Assembly: GCF_001194135.2 (NCBI RefSeq)
Contig: NC_069000.1
Location: 3,012,970-3,076,969, forward strand
Direction: 5' to 3'
Length of the DNA stretch: 64,000 bases
Source: Octopus bimaculoides
Lineage: Eukaryota
Positions 27,291-40,070 of the stretch are shown piece by piece. Positions within the stretch are counted from its first letter, which is position 1. Every line of letters starts with the position of its first letter. The notes beneath the pieces are model-generated. The model searched no databases, was not told where the DNA came from, and saw nothing but the letters and a program-made list of their open reading frames with translations. The translations under genes and the position numbers were made by a program.

Positions 27291-27615
27291 AATGAGCCCT
27301 CCGTTGGTTACAACGACGAGGGTACCAGCAGATATGATCGACGGAATAGCTTGCTCGTCAAATTAACGTGCAAGTGGTTGAGCACTCCACAGACACGTGT
27401 ACCCTTAATGTAGTTCTAAGGAAGATTCAGAGTGAAACAAAGTTTGGCAAGATCGACCCTTTGAAATACATGTACTGCTCATTTTTGCCAGCTGAGTTGA
27501 CTGGAGCAACATGAAATAAAGTGTCTTGCTCAAGGACACAACGCGTCACCTGGAATTGAACTCACGACCTTACAATCATGAGCCGAATTCCTTAACCATT
27601 AAGCCACGCGCCTTC
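27291..27615 (-). mobile_element. tRNA-derived SINE, family 3 (near full length)
   Basis: The reverse strand begins gaaggcgcgTGGCTTAATGGttaagg (A box), then GAGTTCAATTCC (B box), then tgtgtccttgagcaagacacttt, the ccttg(a/g)gcaag core shared by several metazoan SINE superfamilies. A degenerate relative lies at ~47985-48050. Confidence 0.85.
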
Positions 27616-28862
27616 ACTGTTGCATTCTATAACACGCTGAATCTCTATGAGAACTATGTTACTGCTGCGCGTCTTTGTAGAGTACACGCTAAGTTCATGA
27701 GCAGGCTGTTCTTTTGATCGAATCAAGTGGAATATTTGCCAATGTAATCGACGGAGTGTCAGTTTGTTTGTTCAGAAGAAAACTGTGCAACGATGTGCAA
27801 GTTTCATTTTGCCTCTATTCTGACAACTTTCTGCGCTTTTAAGCATTTTGAGAGAATTAATGTCATTTATTTGTTTAATGTTTGTGTTAAATAGCGCAAA
27901 ATATTTACTCTCATTCTTTATGATTGATTACATGTGTTAACGTACGAATGTTAGGCTATACAGATTAAAAGCGTATAACAAAAACAGTATAGTCAATATC
28001 ACTATATTTTAACAAGGAGCAGAAAACTTAATACACGAACAATATATATTCAGCGATTAGGGGCAACTATACCGCGCTTATTCTGTTCTCCTCGGAGGCG
28101 CATTTAACTCCGCATTTATCTCACCTTATAACACTGACAGAAATTATGTTATTAATTAATCCAGTTTTTCTCTCCTTGCTACGCACTATTATTAATTCGC
28201 TAAGTACATTAATTATTCAAATATTGAATCTCAAAAGCTGTAATTCTACCACATTCATATTATCTTTACGAAAAAGAAAGCATTTCATAGCTATCTATCT
28301 TGTTTTTATGTCGTGATTTTTTACATTATTATTTTTCCATATTGTTTACAAATGTATGTAATAAAATATGCATATGTCAATTTATCATAAGTGTCCACTG
28401 AATACTTATCTGATGTTGAGATTTCCACTTATACTCTCTCTCTCTCTCACTCTTTCTCTCCCTCTCCCTCTGTTTGACTTCCTTATTAGTCTAAGTATAT
28501 CTCTATTCGCATAGGACATCTATTTCTCCAGCAATGATAACTGATAACTATATATGCATATACATATATGTGTGTGTAAACACGCACACAAACAAACACC
28601 CACACAAACAAAAACACACACCCAGCTATACGATAAGCACAGAGAAAAACGCTTTCTCTCTTAATTATTTCTGTTATTACACTGCAGCAATGATGGGTTA
28701 CTACCAAACTGTGATTAGTCGAAGACATCGATCACGGTATTACCTTAAATAAACCTCGTAATTATTATCTCATCACTTTTTGCTAAGTTACGACGAAGTA
28801 AACAAAACAAGTGTAGAGCAAACACTTAGACAAAGACATAGATATATAAACTGTAAGTGTGT

Positions 28863-28909
<47 letters not shown>

Positions 28910-29205
28910 NNNNNNNNNNNNNNNNNNNNNNNNNNNNNNNNNNNNNNNNNNNNNNNNNNNNNNNNNNNNNNNNNNNNNNNNNNNNNNNNNNNNNNNNNNN
29001 NNNNNNNNNNNNNNNNNNNNNNNNNNNNNNNNNNNNNNNNNNNNNNNATATACACACAAAGTAGGGGTCTGAAGCCAGACCTATGTAAGAAGCAAATTTC
29101 TTACCAGAGAGCTATGCCAGAGCCTATAGATATTGCTTCCCAACCACATAGTACCGGGTTCATACATCCATACACACATAAATATAGATATGTGGGTGTG
29201 TGTGT

Positions 29206-29238
<33 letters not shown>

Positions 29239-29449
29239 TGTGGGTGTCTGCATGAACGTGGATATTTTTTGGGACTGATACAAAGACCACAAACATAGAC
29301 AGACATAAAACATACAAAATTGTTTTTATTCTCTTAAAAATAAAACAACAATATTATAGCAAGTAATACATTCAGATATTTTTTGCCGAGGAGCTTCCAT
29401 TCGTTTCCATGTATTTCTTGTATTTATTATTATACTAATTATTACTATT

Positions 29450-29521
29450 GTTATTATTATTAGTAGTAGTTAGTAGTCGTAGTATTAGTATTAGTAGTAG
29501 TAGTAGTAGTAGTAGTAGTAA
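29450..29521. repeat. (TAG)n/(TAT)n trinucleotide microsatellite
   Basis: Direct reading. Confidence 0.9.
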
Positions 29522-29861
29522 CTTTGCAGCCAGGAGAAAACATTTTCTCTCTTTCATTCAACAAAAAGTATTTTATACGTATGTAGTAATGTTTTTTTTT
29601 CTTTTGCAGTAATGTTATAAAGAACAACGCAATATGATAATGATGACTGTGGGGGGAAATGATGATGATGGTCGTGTGGGGGAAGGAGTGGGTGTGCGGT
29701 AGTCATGATAACGGCAAGCGCAGGGGGTCGAGATTAATTCGATGACGTCGATGTTGACCAATATTGTGCTGATAATGAAAATCGTGATGATATTAGCGGG
29801 ATGTAAGATAAGTGTAATGATGAAGTTGAAATGGGAAAAATAAATAAATAAATAAATAATA

Positions 29862-30240
29862 ATAATCTGGGATATGCCAATACACAGAGATAGAGAAATT
29901 AATGGTAATAGCCCCGATATAGTTGCGAGAGATCCCCGAGAAAAAATCCTTTCTAATTGATGTATCAATACCAACAGATGTCAATGTTTCTCTACAAGAA
30001 AAGGAGAAACTTTCAAAATACAAAGATTTGGAAATAGAAGTAACTCGAATGTGGATTCTAAAAACTGTAACAATTCCTATCATAGAAGGCGCATTAGGTA
30101 TGATAAAAAATATTCAAACAAACATATAACGAAAACACCAGGACTTACAAGTATATATAACATACAGAAAATTGCACTACTAGGTATCGCACACATCCTA
30201 CGTAAAACACTTTCAATACAGTAAAAATAAGAACATCGCA
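29862..30240 (+). mobile_element. 5'-truncated R4/Dong-clade non-LTR retrotransposon (restriction-like endonuclease domain)
   Basis: IIWDMPIHRDREINGNSPDIV, frameshift, KKSFLIDVSIPTDVNVSLQEKEKLSKYKDLEIEVTRMWILKTVTIPIIEGALGMIK, frameshift, ITKTPGLTSIYNIQKIALLGIAHILRKTLSIQ* (TAA at 30222). It carries the PD..D..KxxKY motif of RLE-encoding elements. Confidence 0.88.
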
Positions 30241-31187
30241 ACACACTCACACACGCATACTTACATATATATAAATATTACATCAGTAGACAACTGGTAC
30301 TTATTTTAGCAACAATAAAATGATGGAATGCTATTTTGACATGCTATTTATATTATGAATGCAGACACACAAATATATTTGAAAGAGACAGGGTTCGGAT
30401 TCTCTGTAGCCACTCACTGGCCAATGTTTCTGTTTTCTAAGGGCATTTAGCAAACCTTTAGACATTTTCCAGAGCTATTCTTCGTTGAGATTTACTTTAT
30501 TTTCTGTAAAGCACCAACTCAGAGCTTCTACGTTTGTTTATAATGTGTGCCTCTGCGTGTGTGTGTGTGTGTGTACACATATGCGTGTGAAGATTTGAAA
30601 TTCTTATAAGCTAGTATAACCCGACATTCCATATGTGCATCAATGAATGCGAGATTGTCGAGTCAGATATTTATGTGTTTATATAAGCCTGTGTGTCTAT
30701 ATAAATAATTAAGCGTATGGAGACCTGTTCTATATAAATATATTTATACTGTTACGTCCATCAGTTTGCACATATGAACATATGTATTGCTATCTGCATA
30801 TGTATATATATTTTGCATACATACAAATGCTATTTAATAAGGCATTTATTAATATTTGTGTTGTTGCATATATAAGGAGATGCTTACAAAGAAATGAAAC
30901 ATATGTGTGTGTACGTATATATGGCATCTTCTGCGTTTCAGCGTTATATTCGTAGTGGGTTTATGTATTGTTTTACTTCGTTTCAGTATGTGTATATAGG
31001 TCTGCTGATGTGTGTGAGGGTCAATATATGCACGAGATTTGTAAACTTGTTGACAGCCATATACTGGTAAGAGGATTAAACGATAGTTGAATGCATTCGG
31101 TTTAAGAAGAAATACTGGAAGAAGAAAAAAATCATTCCGCTAACAAATTTGGGAAAGAAAAAAAAAACTACAATCATAAGAACAACA

Positions 31188-31189
<2 letters not shown>

Positions 31190-31245
<56 letters not shown>

Positions 31246-31250
31246 TAATG
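31190..31250. repeat. (TAA)n microsatellite
   Basis: Direct reading. Confidence 0.95.
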
Positions 31251-31484
31251 ATAAATAGATAAGGAGTGGAAGAATAAAAAGAATGATAACAACAACAATA
31301 ATTATAATAAATAATAACGGAAATATCTTGAGTAGTAATGATATAAACAAGAACATCAAAAACATCCAATCATCCTCAACACTATTATCATGAACCACTG
31401 TCACAATACCATCAGTGTCAGTATATATGGTCATCCTCATCGTCATCATAATCATTATTGTTACGATTTCTAAAAGTTGTGAAC

Positions 31485-31637
31485 GGGCAACTCTGTGAGC
31501 ACGCGAAACAAAAGTCATGAGCGGAATTTCTTCTGTCTTTACGACCATCAGGTCAAATGTCACCGAGGTCGTCTTCGCCCTTTTATTGTTTCCGGGACAA
31601 TAAAATAACTACGAGTTCGATGTAATCGACGAGTCAC
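31485..31637 (+). mobile_element. SINE family 1, old degenerate copy
   Basis: ttcttctgtctttacg..ggtcaaatgtcaccgaggtcgtcttcgccctttt..gatgtaatcgac resembles the family 1 consensus inferred from the other copies. Confidence 0.6.
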
Positions 31638-31667
31638 CTCAAGCAAAATTTCACGCCTGTGCGTGTG

Positions 31668-31671
31668 TGTA

Positions 31672-31764
<93 letters not shown>
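31668..31764. repeat. Long (TG)n microsatellite
   Basis: Direct reading. Confidence 0.97.
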
Positions 31765-31768
<4 letters not shown>

Positions 31769-32468
31769 ATTATCGGTAGGACCTTGCTTCCCACTCAGAA
31801 AACTGAATGGAGCGGTGGCCAGCAGCAACAGTTTGTATCCAGTGATCATCTGGGGTTTCAAGCCTGGTCTGTCACAACTTTCCGTTGGTGTGTCATCAGG
31901 GGCGGCCATATCACTGCTTCTCATCTCCTTTCCGCTTATTTCCTCCACGTATATATGTATGTTTATGAGTGTGTATGTATGGGATAGTTAGATGTATGTC
32001 TATGTATGTGAATATATATATATATATATACATATATGTACTCACTCACACATACACACATATGCATATATATGATTATGTGTGCGTGTGCTCAATGTAA
32101 CTAACTTTAGTGGTTTCGCTAATGGATTCAAAAATGAAACAGTAATGTGAAATATAGTAACTACACCTAACCAAGAATTAATACGGAACCAATTTTATAG
32201 GGAAAATCGTCATATTGAAAACCTAAATACGTCACCTCTACAGAAAAGGCCCTGCCAATATATTCTATGGAATATGGTCAGTGTTTTGAAGTACATATTG
32301 ATTAAAATGTCAAGTCGTTCTCGTCTTCTGCTGAGGTTTTCATTCAAGCGGTTTTATGGTGCCGTCAAAAAGAAGAAACGTATCAAATCTGAGAGAGGCA
32401 AGGAACAGCAATGCATCAGCAGTGACAGTTGCCACTAATAATTCTATGCATAATATATTTAGATACAG

Positions 32469-32516
<48 letters not shown>

Positions 32517-33980
32517 GGATAGTTAGATAGATAGATAAATAGATAGAACATGCATACACACATTGATTGATTGATTGACGAATAAATATAAATGCGTGCC
32601 TCGGTNNNNNNNNNNNNNNNNNNNNNNNNNNNNNNNNNNNNNNNNNNNNNNNNNNNNNNNNNNNNNNNNNNNNNNNNNNNNNNNNNNNNNNNNNNNNNNN
32701 NNNNNNNNNNNNNNNNNNNNNNNNNNNNNNNNNNNNNNNNNNNNNNNNNNNNNNNNNNNNNNNNNNNNNNNNNNNNNNNNNNNNNNNNNNNNNNNNNNNN
32801 NNNNNNNNNNNNNNNNNNNNNNNNNNNNNNNNNNNNNNNNNNNNNNNNNNNNNNNNNNNNNNNNNNNNNNNNNNNNNNNNNNNNNNNNNNNNNNNTATAT
32901 ATATATATATATATATATATGCTTAGACACATATGCATACTTTCAGATCCAAAGAAGAGCACGTGGAATACACACACACGCACATGTACGCATGATTATA
33001 TATATACAAATATCTATTCAAATGTATATATTTGACTAACATTCAGTACACGTCTTTATCTCCCGATGAAGTGCCTATCATTCCGAAAGCTTGCACAAAT
33101 ATCCATTGGAGTGAAATCCTGTTTGTGTTTTTACTGTCCATATGTGTTCAATTTGTCGCTTTCGTGTTCATACAATTTCCTACTGAGATATTTCAACTTG
33201 GCCTAGCTACGTCCATCTAACCGGAAATAGTGCATAGGAGCGAACTACTGAAGTCGAAGGGGATCTGTCACATCATAAAAGCTCCTGAAATGACGTTCCA
33301 CAATGTGGTCCATTAGGCGGGAAAAATAAATGTTAGCAAACCCTATATCATAACATGCAACCAACGAATATGTGACTGTTTCTACGTACTTGCGTGCATG
33401 TGTGTGTGTGTTTGTGTATTTGCGTGCGTGCATGCTCGAATGTGTGCAAGACTTTATCTGTGTACTGGGAAAGATATATGTGAACGCATGTATATAAGTA
33501 TATATTTAAAGTGTTACAGTTGATTCTTCCATTCCTCTATCTGACTTTCTTTCTCTCTGTCTCTCTACCCATATATNNNNNNNNNNNNNNNNNNNNNNNN
33601 NNNNNNNNNNNNNNNNNNNNNNNNNNNNNNNNNNNNNNNNNNNNNNNNNNNNNNNNNNNNNNNNNNNNNNNNNNNNNNNNNNNNNNNNNNNNNNNNNNNN
33701 NNNNNNNNNNNNNNNNNNNNNNNNNNNNNNNNNNNNNNNNNNNNNNNNNNNNNNNNNNNNNNNNNNNNNNNNNNNNNNNNNNNNNNNNNNNGTAAATCTA
33801 TTACTGTATGAAAAAGAAAAACAACATATAAATACGTATGTTCTTAAAGGTTATTGTGACTCCGCTACGGTATACATGGTTTCGTAAAAGACAACCATAT
33901 TGCACAGCCATTTCAGTTCATGTACATATATAGAATCACACACATCTCTACCGATATATTATCCGGCATATACAGGTGTT

Positions 33981-34022
<42 letters not shown>

Positions 34023-35014
34023 CGTGTGTATTCGTATATATGTATGTAAGTTTTTATGTGTATATAAATATGTGTCCTGTTTGCATATACGTCTACTTCT
34101 AAATTAATATTCATAGAAATAGACACAGCCCTAAATATTTGAAAGTCACTTTTGATATATGTAATGGAAAGTATGCACATCGTAAATAAAAATGCTGCTA
34201 TAACTGTATCTTTGTATTGAATAACTTAAACACCTTGAAAAATACAAATGCTTGACAAAAATTCGTATGGCAATATTCGTTTTCCATCATATCTCAGATT
34301 ACGTAGGTAGACAGAGTCATTGGATTTATACTGTAATATAACCTCTTGGATATATGATGAGTTAAACCAGATGTTATACGATGGATATAAGCTTACCCAT
34401 CGTCAGTTTCTAAATTCTTCACTAAAGTCATCCGTATCTACTATCCCATCATTACAATAGGTTCTTGCTATTTTGCGAATCACACTGCCAGAGTATTCAC
34501 GAGATTCTCTTCATATTATCTCAACACCAAATCCCTCAGGTTTGGCCAGTGGGTGATTGGAGTCAATATAGATATGGGTGACGTTATTTGGATAATTTAT
34601 GGTTAATATTTTGTTTCGAATTATTGATCTAGACTTTTGGCTACCGCCATATTTGAAAGCGTATTTATCGACAGTCTGTGTCACATACGTTTTCCGTTTA
34701 ATTAATATCTACATTTGTAAGCGGTTAGGCTGTTCATGTTCTGTTATATAGGATATTCTGCTGGGCTATCACCATTGTACAATCCAAACCAATGAACGTG
34801 AAGAGGGGCAAATATAAAATGCCATTAAGTTTTAGTAGGTCAAACTCATGAGAGAGGTTACACAAAGGGGTAACCTCCATTATAAAACCCTAATCGTAAT
34901 TGGTACTGCAATTCCGTCCAAATCAGTAGGCTAATTGTCGCAGAATCCCTCCTCACAAGAGGGGATTAAAAAGGGAGAATGTAATTAGATATAGATGGAT
35001 AAAAGTCACAAGTA

Positions 35015-35243
35015 GATAGACAGATAGCTAGATAGATATGTAGACAGATAGCTGATGGATAGGCAGATAGCTAGCTAGCTAGGTAGGAAGATAGCTAGCT
35101 AGCTAGGAAGATAGCTAGCTAGCTAGATAGATAGATAGCTAGCTAGATAGATAGATAGATAGATAGCTAGATAGGAAGATAGCTAGCTAGATAGATAGAT
35201 AGGAAGATAGCTAGATAGATAGATAGATAGATAGGAAGATAGC

Positions 35244-35282
<39 letters not shown>

Positions 35283-35297
35283 GTAGGTAGGTAGGTA
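35015..35297. repeat. Compound (GATA)/(GCTA)/(GGAA)/(GGTA) tetranucleotide array
   Basis: Recurring ggaagatagctag units are interspersed in gata runs, and the array ends in (ggta)n. Confidence 0.93.
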
Positions 35298-36185
35298 CAC
35301 ACGTGTATGCATAGTTATAGTAGCCGAAGTACATTTCATCAACGAGAACTGAAGTCAGCTCCTAAGAAGAGTGAGTGTATTCGAGGACTACAACCCCAGA
35401 ATGTCACCACGAGAAAATAACAAAAAAANNNNNNNNNNNNNNNNNNNNNNNNNNNNNNNNNNNNNNNNNNNNNNNNNNNNNNNNNNNNNNNNNNNNNNNN
35501 NNNNNNNNNNNNNNNNNNNNNNNNNNNNNNNNNNNNNNNNNNNNNNNNNNNNNNNNNNNNNNNNNNNNNNNNNNNNNNNNNNNNNNNNNNNNNNNNNNNN
35601 NNNNNNNNNNNNNNNNNNNNNNNNNNNNNNNNNNNNNNNNNNNNNNNNNNNNNNNNNNNNNNNNNNNNNNNNNNNNNNNNNNNNNNNNNNNNNNNNNNNN
35701 NNNNNNNNNNNNNNNNNNNNNNNNNNNNNNNNNNNNNNNNNNNNNNNNNNNNNNNNNNNNNNNNNNNNNNNNNNNNNNNNNNNNNNNNNNNNNNNNNNNN
35801 NNNNNNNNNNNNNNNNNNNNNNNNNNNNNNNNNNNNNNNNNNNNNNNNNNNNNNTATATATATATATATATATATATATCTCACACATACATATATTTCA
35901 CTCTCTCACATACACACATGTATATATATTTCTCAGTACCATTCTCTACTTGTCTCTCAGTCAAGTTTTGCAGATATCAAGGAAATAACTGATGTGTACA
36001 TTCGAAGAATAAGAAAAATATTAAAGACAACCTTACCTTATTCATATTGTCCTCATTGGTTGCATGTGAACGCGGGCGTATATGTGTGTGCGCTGCTAGT
36101 ATGCGCCTATTAATATCTGTATATATGTACATCTGTTTGTATCCGCATGCCATGGATACGCTGACAAACATATACAGTGTAAGAC

Positions 36186-36256
<71 letters not shown>

Positions 36257-36902
36257 CAATTAGAAACGTATGCAGCCACGTGAGCGCATGAACACACGTA
36301 CACACAGAGATACACACATATATATTTAGACTGTAAGCTCATAGGCAGATATAAACACAAGCTCAAACGAACAATCGCAGAAACAGACACACGCGTACAC
36401 GTACACCCATATATGCGTGTGTGTGGTGTGTATGTGCGTGTGCGCGTGTGTGCATGTGCGTGCGTGTGTGCATGTGTGTGCGTGTGAATGTAGATGTACA
36501 TACATTTATAAATATAACATATATATATCATAAGTTTTTTGGGGTTTTTTTTCTTTTCTTGTTTTGCAAATTGTTATTAATCCGTAAAACTACTTATTCT
36601 ATTCACTTCTATGGTTCTGTGAATAAGGTGCTCATTGGTGCGTGAAATATTGCATCGCATGGTTCATGGACGACTACGTACGTGGAAGGCAAATAATCTA
36701 GAAAGTCTTAAGTTTAGCGAGAGAGAAAGTTGTGACCTTCGTTTGCATAACGGAGTAAACAGATATTTTGGATTAGAAAGCAGAGGAGCAATAGGGAGGA
36801 ACTAAATAGCGGAAAGTTCAGAGTCGAGAAACAAAGTAGCTATACAATTATAGATTTATAGCGTTAATAGAGACAAAAATATGGAGAAATAATCGATGGA
36901 AA

Positions 36903-36933
<31 letters not shown>

Positions 36934-37654
36934 NNNNNNNNNNNNNNNNNNNNNNNNNNNNNNNNNNNNNNNNNNNNNNNNNNNNNNNNNNNNNNNNNNN
37001 NNNNNNNNNNNNNNNNNNNNNNNNNNNNNNNNNNNNNNNNNNNNNNNNNNNNNNNNNNNNNNNNNNNNNNNNNNNNNNNNNNNNNNNNNNNNNNNNNNNN
37101 NNNNNNNNNNNNNNNNNNNNNNNNNNNNNNNNNNNNNNNNNNNNNNNNNNNNNNNNNNNNNNNNNNNNNNNNNNNNNNNNNNNNNNNNNNNNNNNNNNNN
37201 NNNNNNNNNNNNNNNNNATATATATATAAACATGTGTGTATGCTTGCGTATGTGAGTTTGAGTGCGTACTTAAAGGTTAAAAATATGATTTCATACTCAC
37301 ATTTGTACATATGTGCGTACATTCTAGAATTGGTGCCTCTCAGAATATGAATATATCTACACACACACACACATATATGTACACACACACACACATATAT
37401 GTACACACGTATCAGTGGGTTTAGGTATTTATTATCATGGACAGCAGCTCACAACTTTTTTCCTCTCATCAGTTACATATCCGTGATATATACAAGCATT
37501 GTTTTCATTGCCAGATTCTCTTCAGAATACAGTATATCGGCAGATATTATGTTCACAATATAATTATAAAAATACCTCCTATATACAGATAATAAAAAGA
37601 TATGGCTGAAAACTACTGTATCAATCACAACAACGGGTTCATTTAAATGTTCGG

Positions 37655-37727
37655 GGAAAACGAACCTACGAATGGTTCATTTAAATGTTTGGTGGAATTT
37701 AAATGTTCCTTTCGTAGGTTCGTTTCC
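37655..37727. other. 73-nt imperfect inverted repeat (hairpin)
   Basis: ggaaaacgaacctacgaatggttcatttaaat-gtttggtgga-atttaaatgttcctttcgtaggttcgtttcc forms about 28 pairs, including a 15-bp perfect match (aaacgaacctacgaa/ttcgtaggttcgttt), with a 10-nt loop. Confidence 0.9.
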
Positions 37728-39987
37728 ACTAACTGGCCCTGTGGATTACATCTAGTTGTTGAAGGAAAACTCTTGAAAACATGTTGGTTAAGTATTACTT
37801 TGAATTCCATTGCCAATCCCCATTACATCAAAACTCTTCTTTTTTTCCTGAAATATATTCAATATTACATATGTATGCGGTGAACTCAGCCACTTACACC
37901 GGAACTTAATGAGTTCCGATGATCGAAAAATTTGATCTTAAGGGAGGTCTTTTCTTTATTTTTACAATTACAAATATTTTAGATATGCATACAAAATGAG
38001 ACAAACGAACAACTTTACGAACCCTGTTATTCTACAAAAACAAAAACACAAAATAGCGATTATTGAAAAGTAATCCATATTGGATTATCACGCAAGTGTC
38101 ATACCTTTAAAATTTTTCGCGTGACACCACAATTATTGCTTTTTCCTAAATGTACAGGAGATAATTAATTCAAAATTATTCATAAACCTTTTTCAACAAC
38201 AACTTTATAATTATTATTTTTATTATTATCATTATTATTATTTGTTTTATTTTGTAACCTGTTCTTTTTCTAGAGAGATGACGTGTATTCATCTAATTCA
38301 TTTTAACACTTATAAATTAGATTTCAATCTAATTTACATAATTTCTTTTATTATGTAAGTTACCGCAAAAATTTTTATCAGAACATGCAATAATTATTTC
38401 ATATTCTCAATGAAAGTCAAGCAATTATTTCTATAAAATATAAAACAGCACAATTATATTTCCAGTTAGATTTATGTAAATTATCCTAAATACAAACGCG
38501 AATTATTTTCATTTTCTTCATTCCTGGCATACTATAAAATTTTTCTATGAAAGATTCTCAGAATGACTTTCGGACTCCGAATTATAATTCTTCACCACTG
38601 AAACTATTTCTCATCCCATTCCTCCCTCTTCATGTGAAGGATTACGTTTGAATTGAGCTTTACTTCCCATATGTAAATTTTCAGTCTTTATAAGGAATAT
38701 GAACAATTGAAAACATCAAGAATTGCTCCTCAATTTAATTGCGTTCATAATTCGCATATTAGCAACGACCTACCGATGCTTTATAATTATCTCCTCAGAA
38801 ATAATTGAAATTGGGAATCGAGAAATATTGGGATACAAGGAGGAATAATAGAATAAAGACAATCAGAACTGCCCAGGCCAAAACCTCATTTGCATAAATA
38901 TCAAATAGTTTGTTGAATTCTAAAAAATCTGTTCCGAGCCAATGAGACATCACTGGATTCAAACCGTTCGTTGCAAATATTTAAACATAATGCAAGGCTT
39001 TCACAATAGTTTCCTTTTGTTGTTTACGCCTGCAAAAGCTTGGCCTTCATTTATTCATTGGTACAAGATAGCTGAAGCAGTGGAGCATTAATTCGAGAGC
39101 ATTAACCGTAGCAATCCTATTTGCATTGTTGAAGAATATGATCTGAATATTTAGGATCTCCAAAATATAGTTCCGATTTTTATACTCGAGAGGCCTTTTT
39201 TGCTATCTGAATGTGAGAATATGCAATACGTTTTGTGTATAGTGATTGCTGAGATTAATGAGAGGTGATCACAAAACATCAGGCTATTTTTCTGTTGTGT
39301 ATATTAAGGGATATAGTGAAAAGGTTGAATACAAGGAGACTAGTGATGTTCTGTGTTGTAACAAGACGCAATATAAAAATACAAAGAATTAGCTAGATAT
39401 AATTCTGTGAGAAATAAGGACATATTATTAAGGGTTATTTTGATGGTAAATTGATCAGATAATAAATCGAGATGGAAGTTCTCTCAGGGGATGAAAAAAA
39501 AATCTGTGACTGAAGAATTTTCGTGGAATATAAAGGTGCTTGTAGCTAATCTAAGCAGCTGTGTATAACAAAAAATAAGGTTTGGTGAAAGTGGTCTTTC
39601 AGATTTATTTACGAATACGAGGCTAACAGAAACAGATGTTTAGCTTCCATTTGAAGCGCAATCGTATGAAATATGTAAATATGATGAATTATTTTCAGGA
39701 AATGGAGTGTCACATTTGCAGATATGACAAATGTCTGAAAATGTGAATTACATCAAAGTGAAATGGCCAGTGGTCTATAAGCGAGAGATGGGAAATTACA
39801 TATATATCTGACGGGAAAACGATTTGGAACAACCCATTCAGCTAACATAGGAGGCTGCTTCTCTTGTTTTCACCGAATAATTTAATAATGTTTTACAATT
39901 ATCTGTGCGAAAGAAACCGACCTCTGCGAAGTGTATAACGTACATATATTTACAAAATAGCTATATACATATGCTTATTTGTGTGTG

Positions 39988-40070
<83 letters not shown>

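Noticed and set aside
27520-27615. tRNA gene (also the tRNA-like heads at 24530-24620, 45310-45375 and 54375-54437)
   Set aside because: A/B boxes are present but I could not form a cloverleaf, and where downstream sequence is recognisable it continues into a SINE body.
33055-33100. Hammerhead-ribozyme-like ccgatga..ccgaaagctt
   Set aside because: The core is CCGAUGA rather than CUGAUGA, and no stem I pairing can be formed. Other ctgatga sites (13299, 31893 on minus, 55238) also lack valid stems.
34390-34990. Unique block with a ~60-aa minus frame, an EYSGSVI segment resembling LINE RT (YLGSxI) and two small hairpins
   Set aside because: No RT catalytic or other diagnostic motif is recognisable, so the similarity is at chance level.
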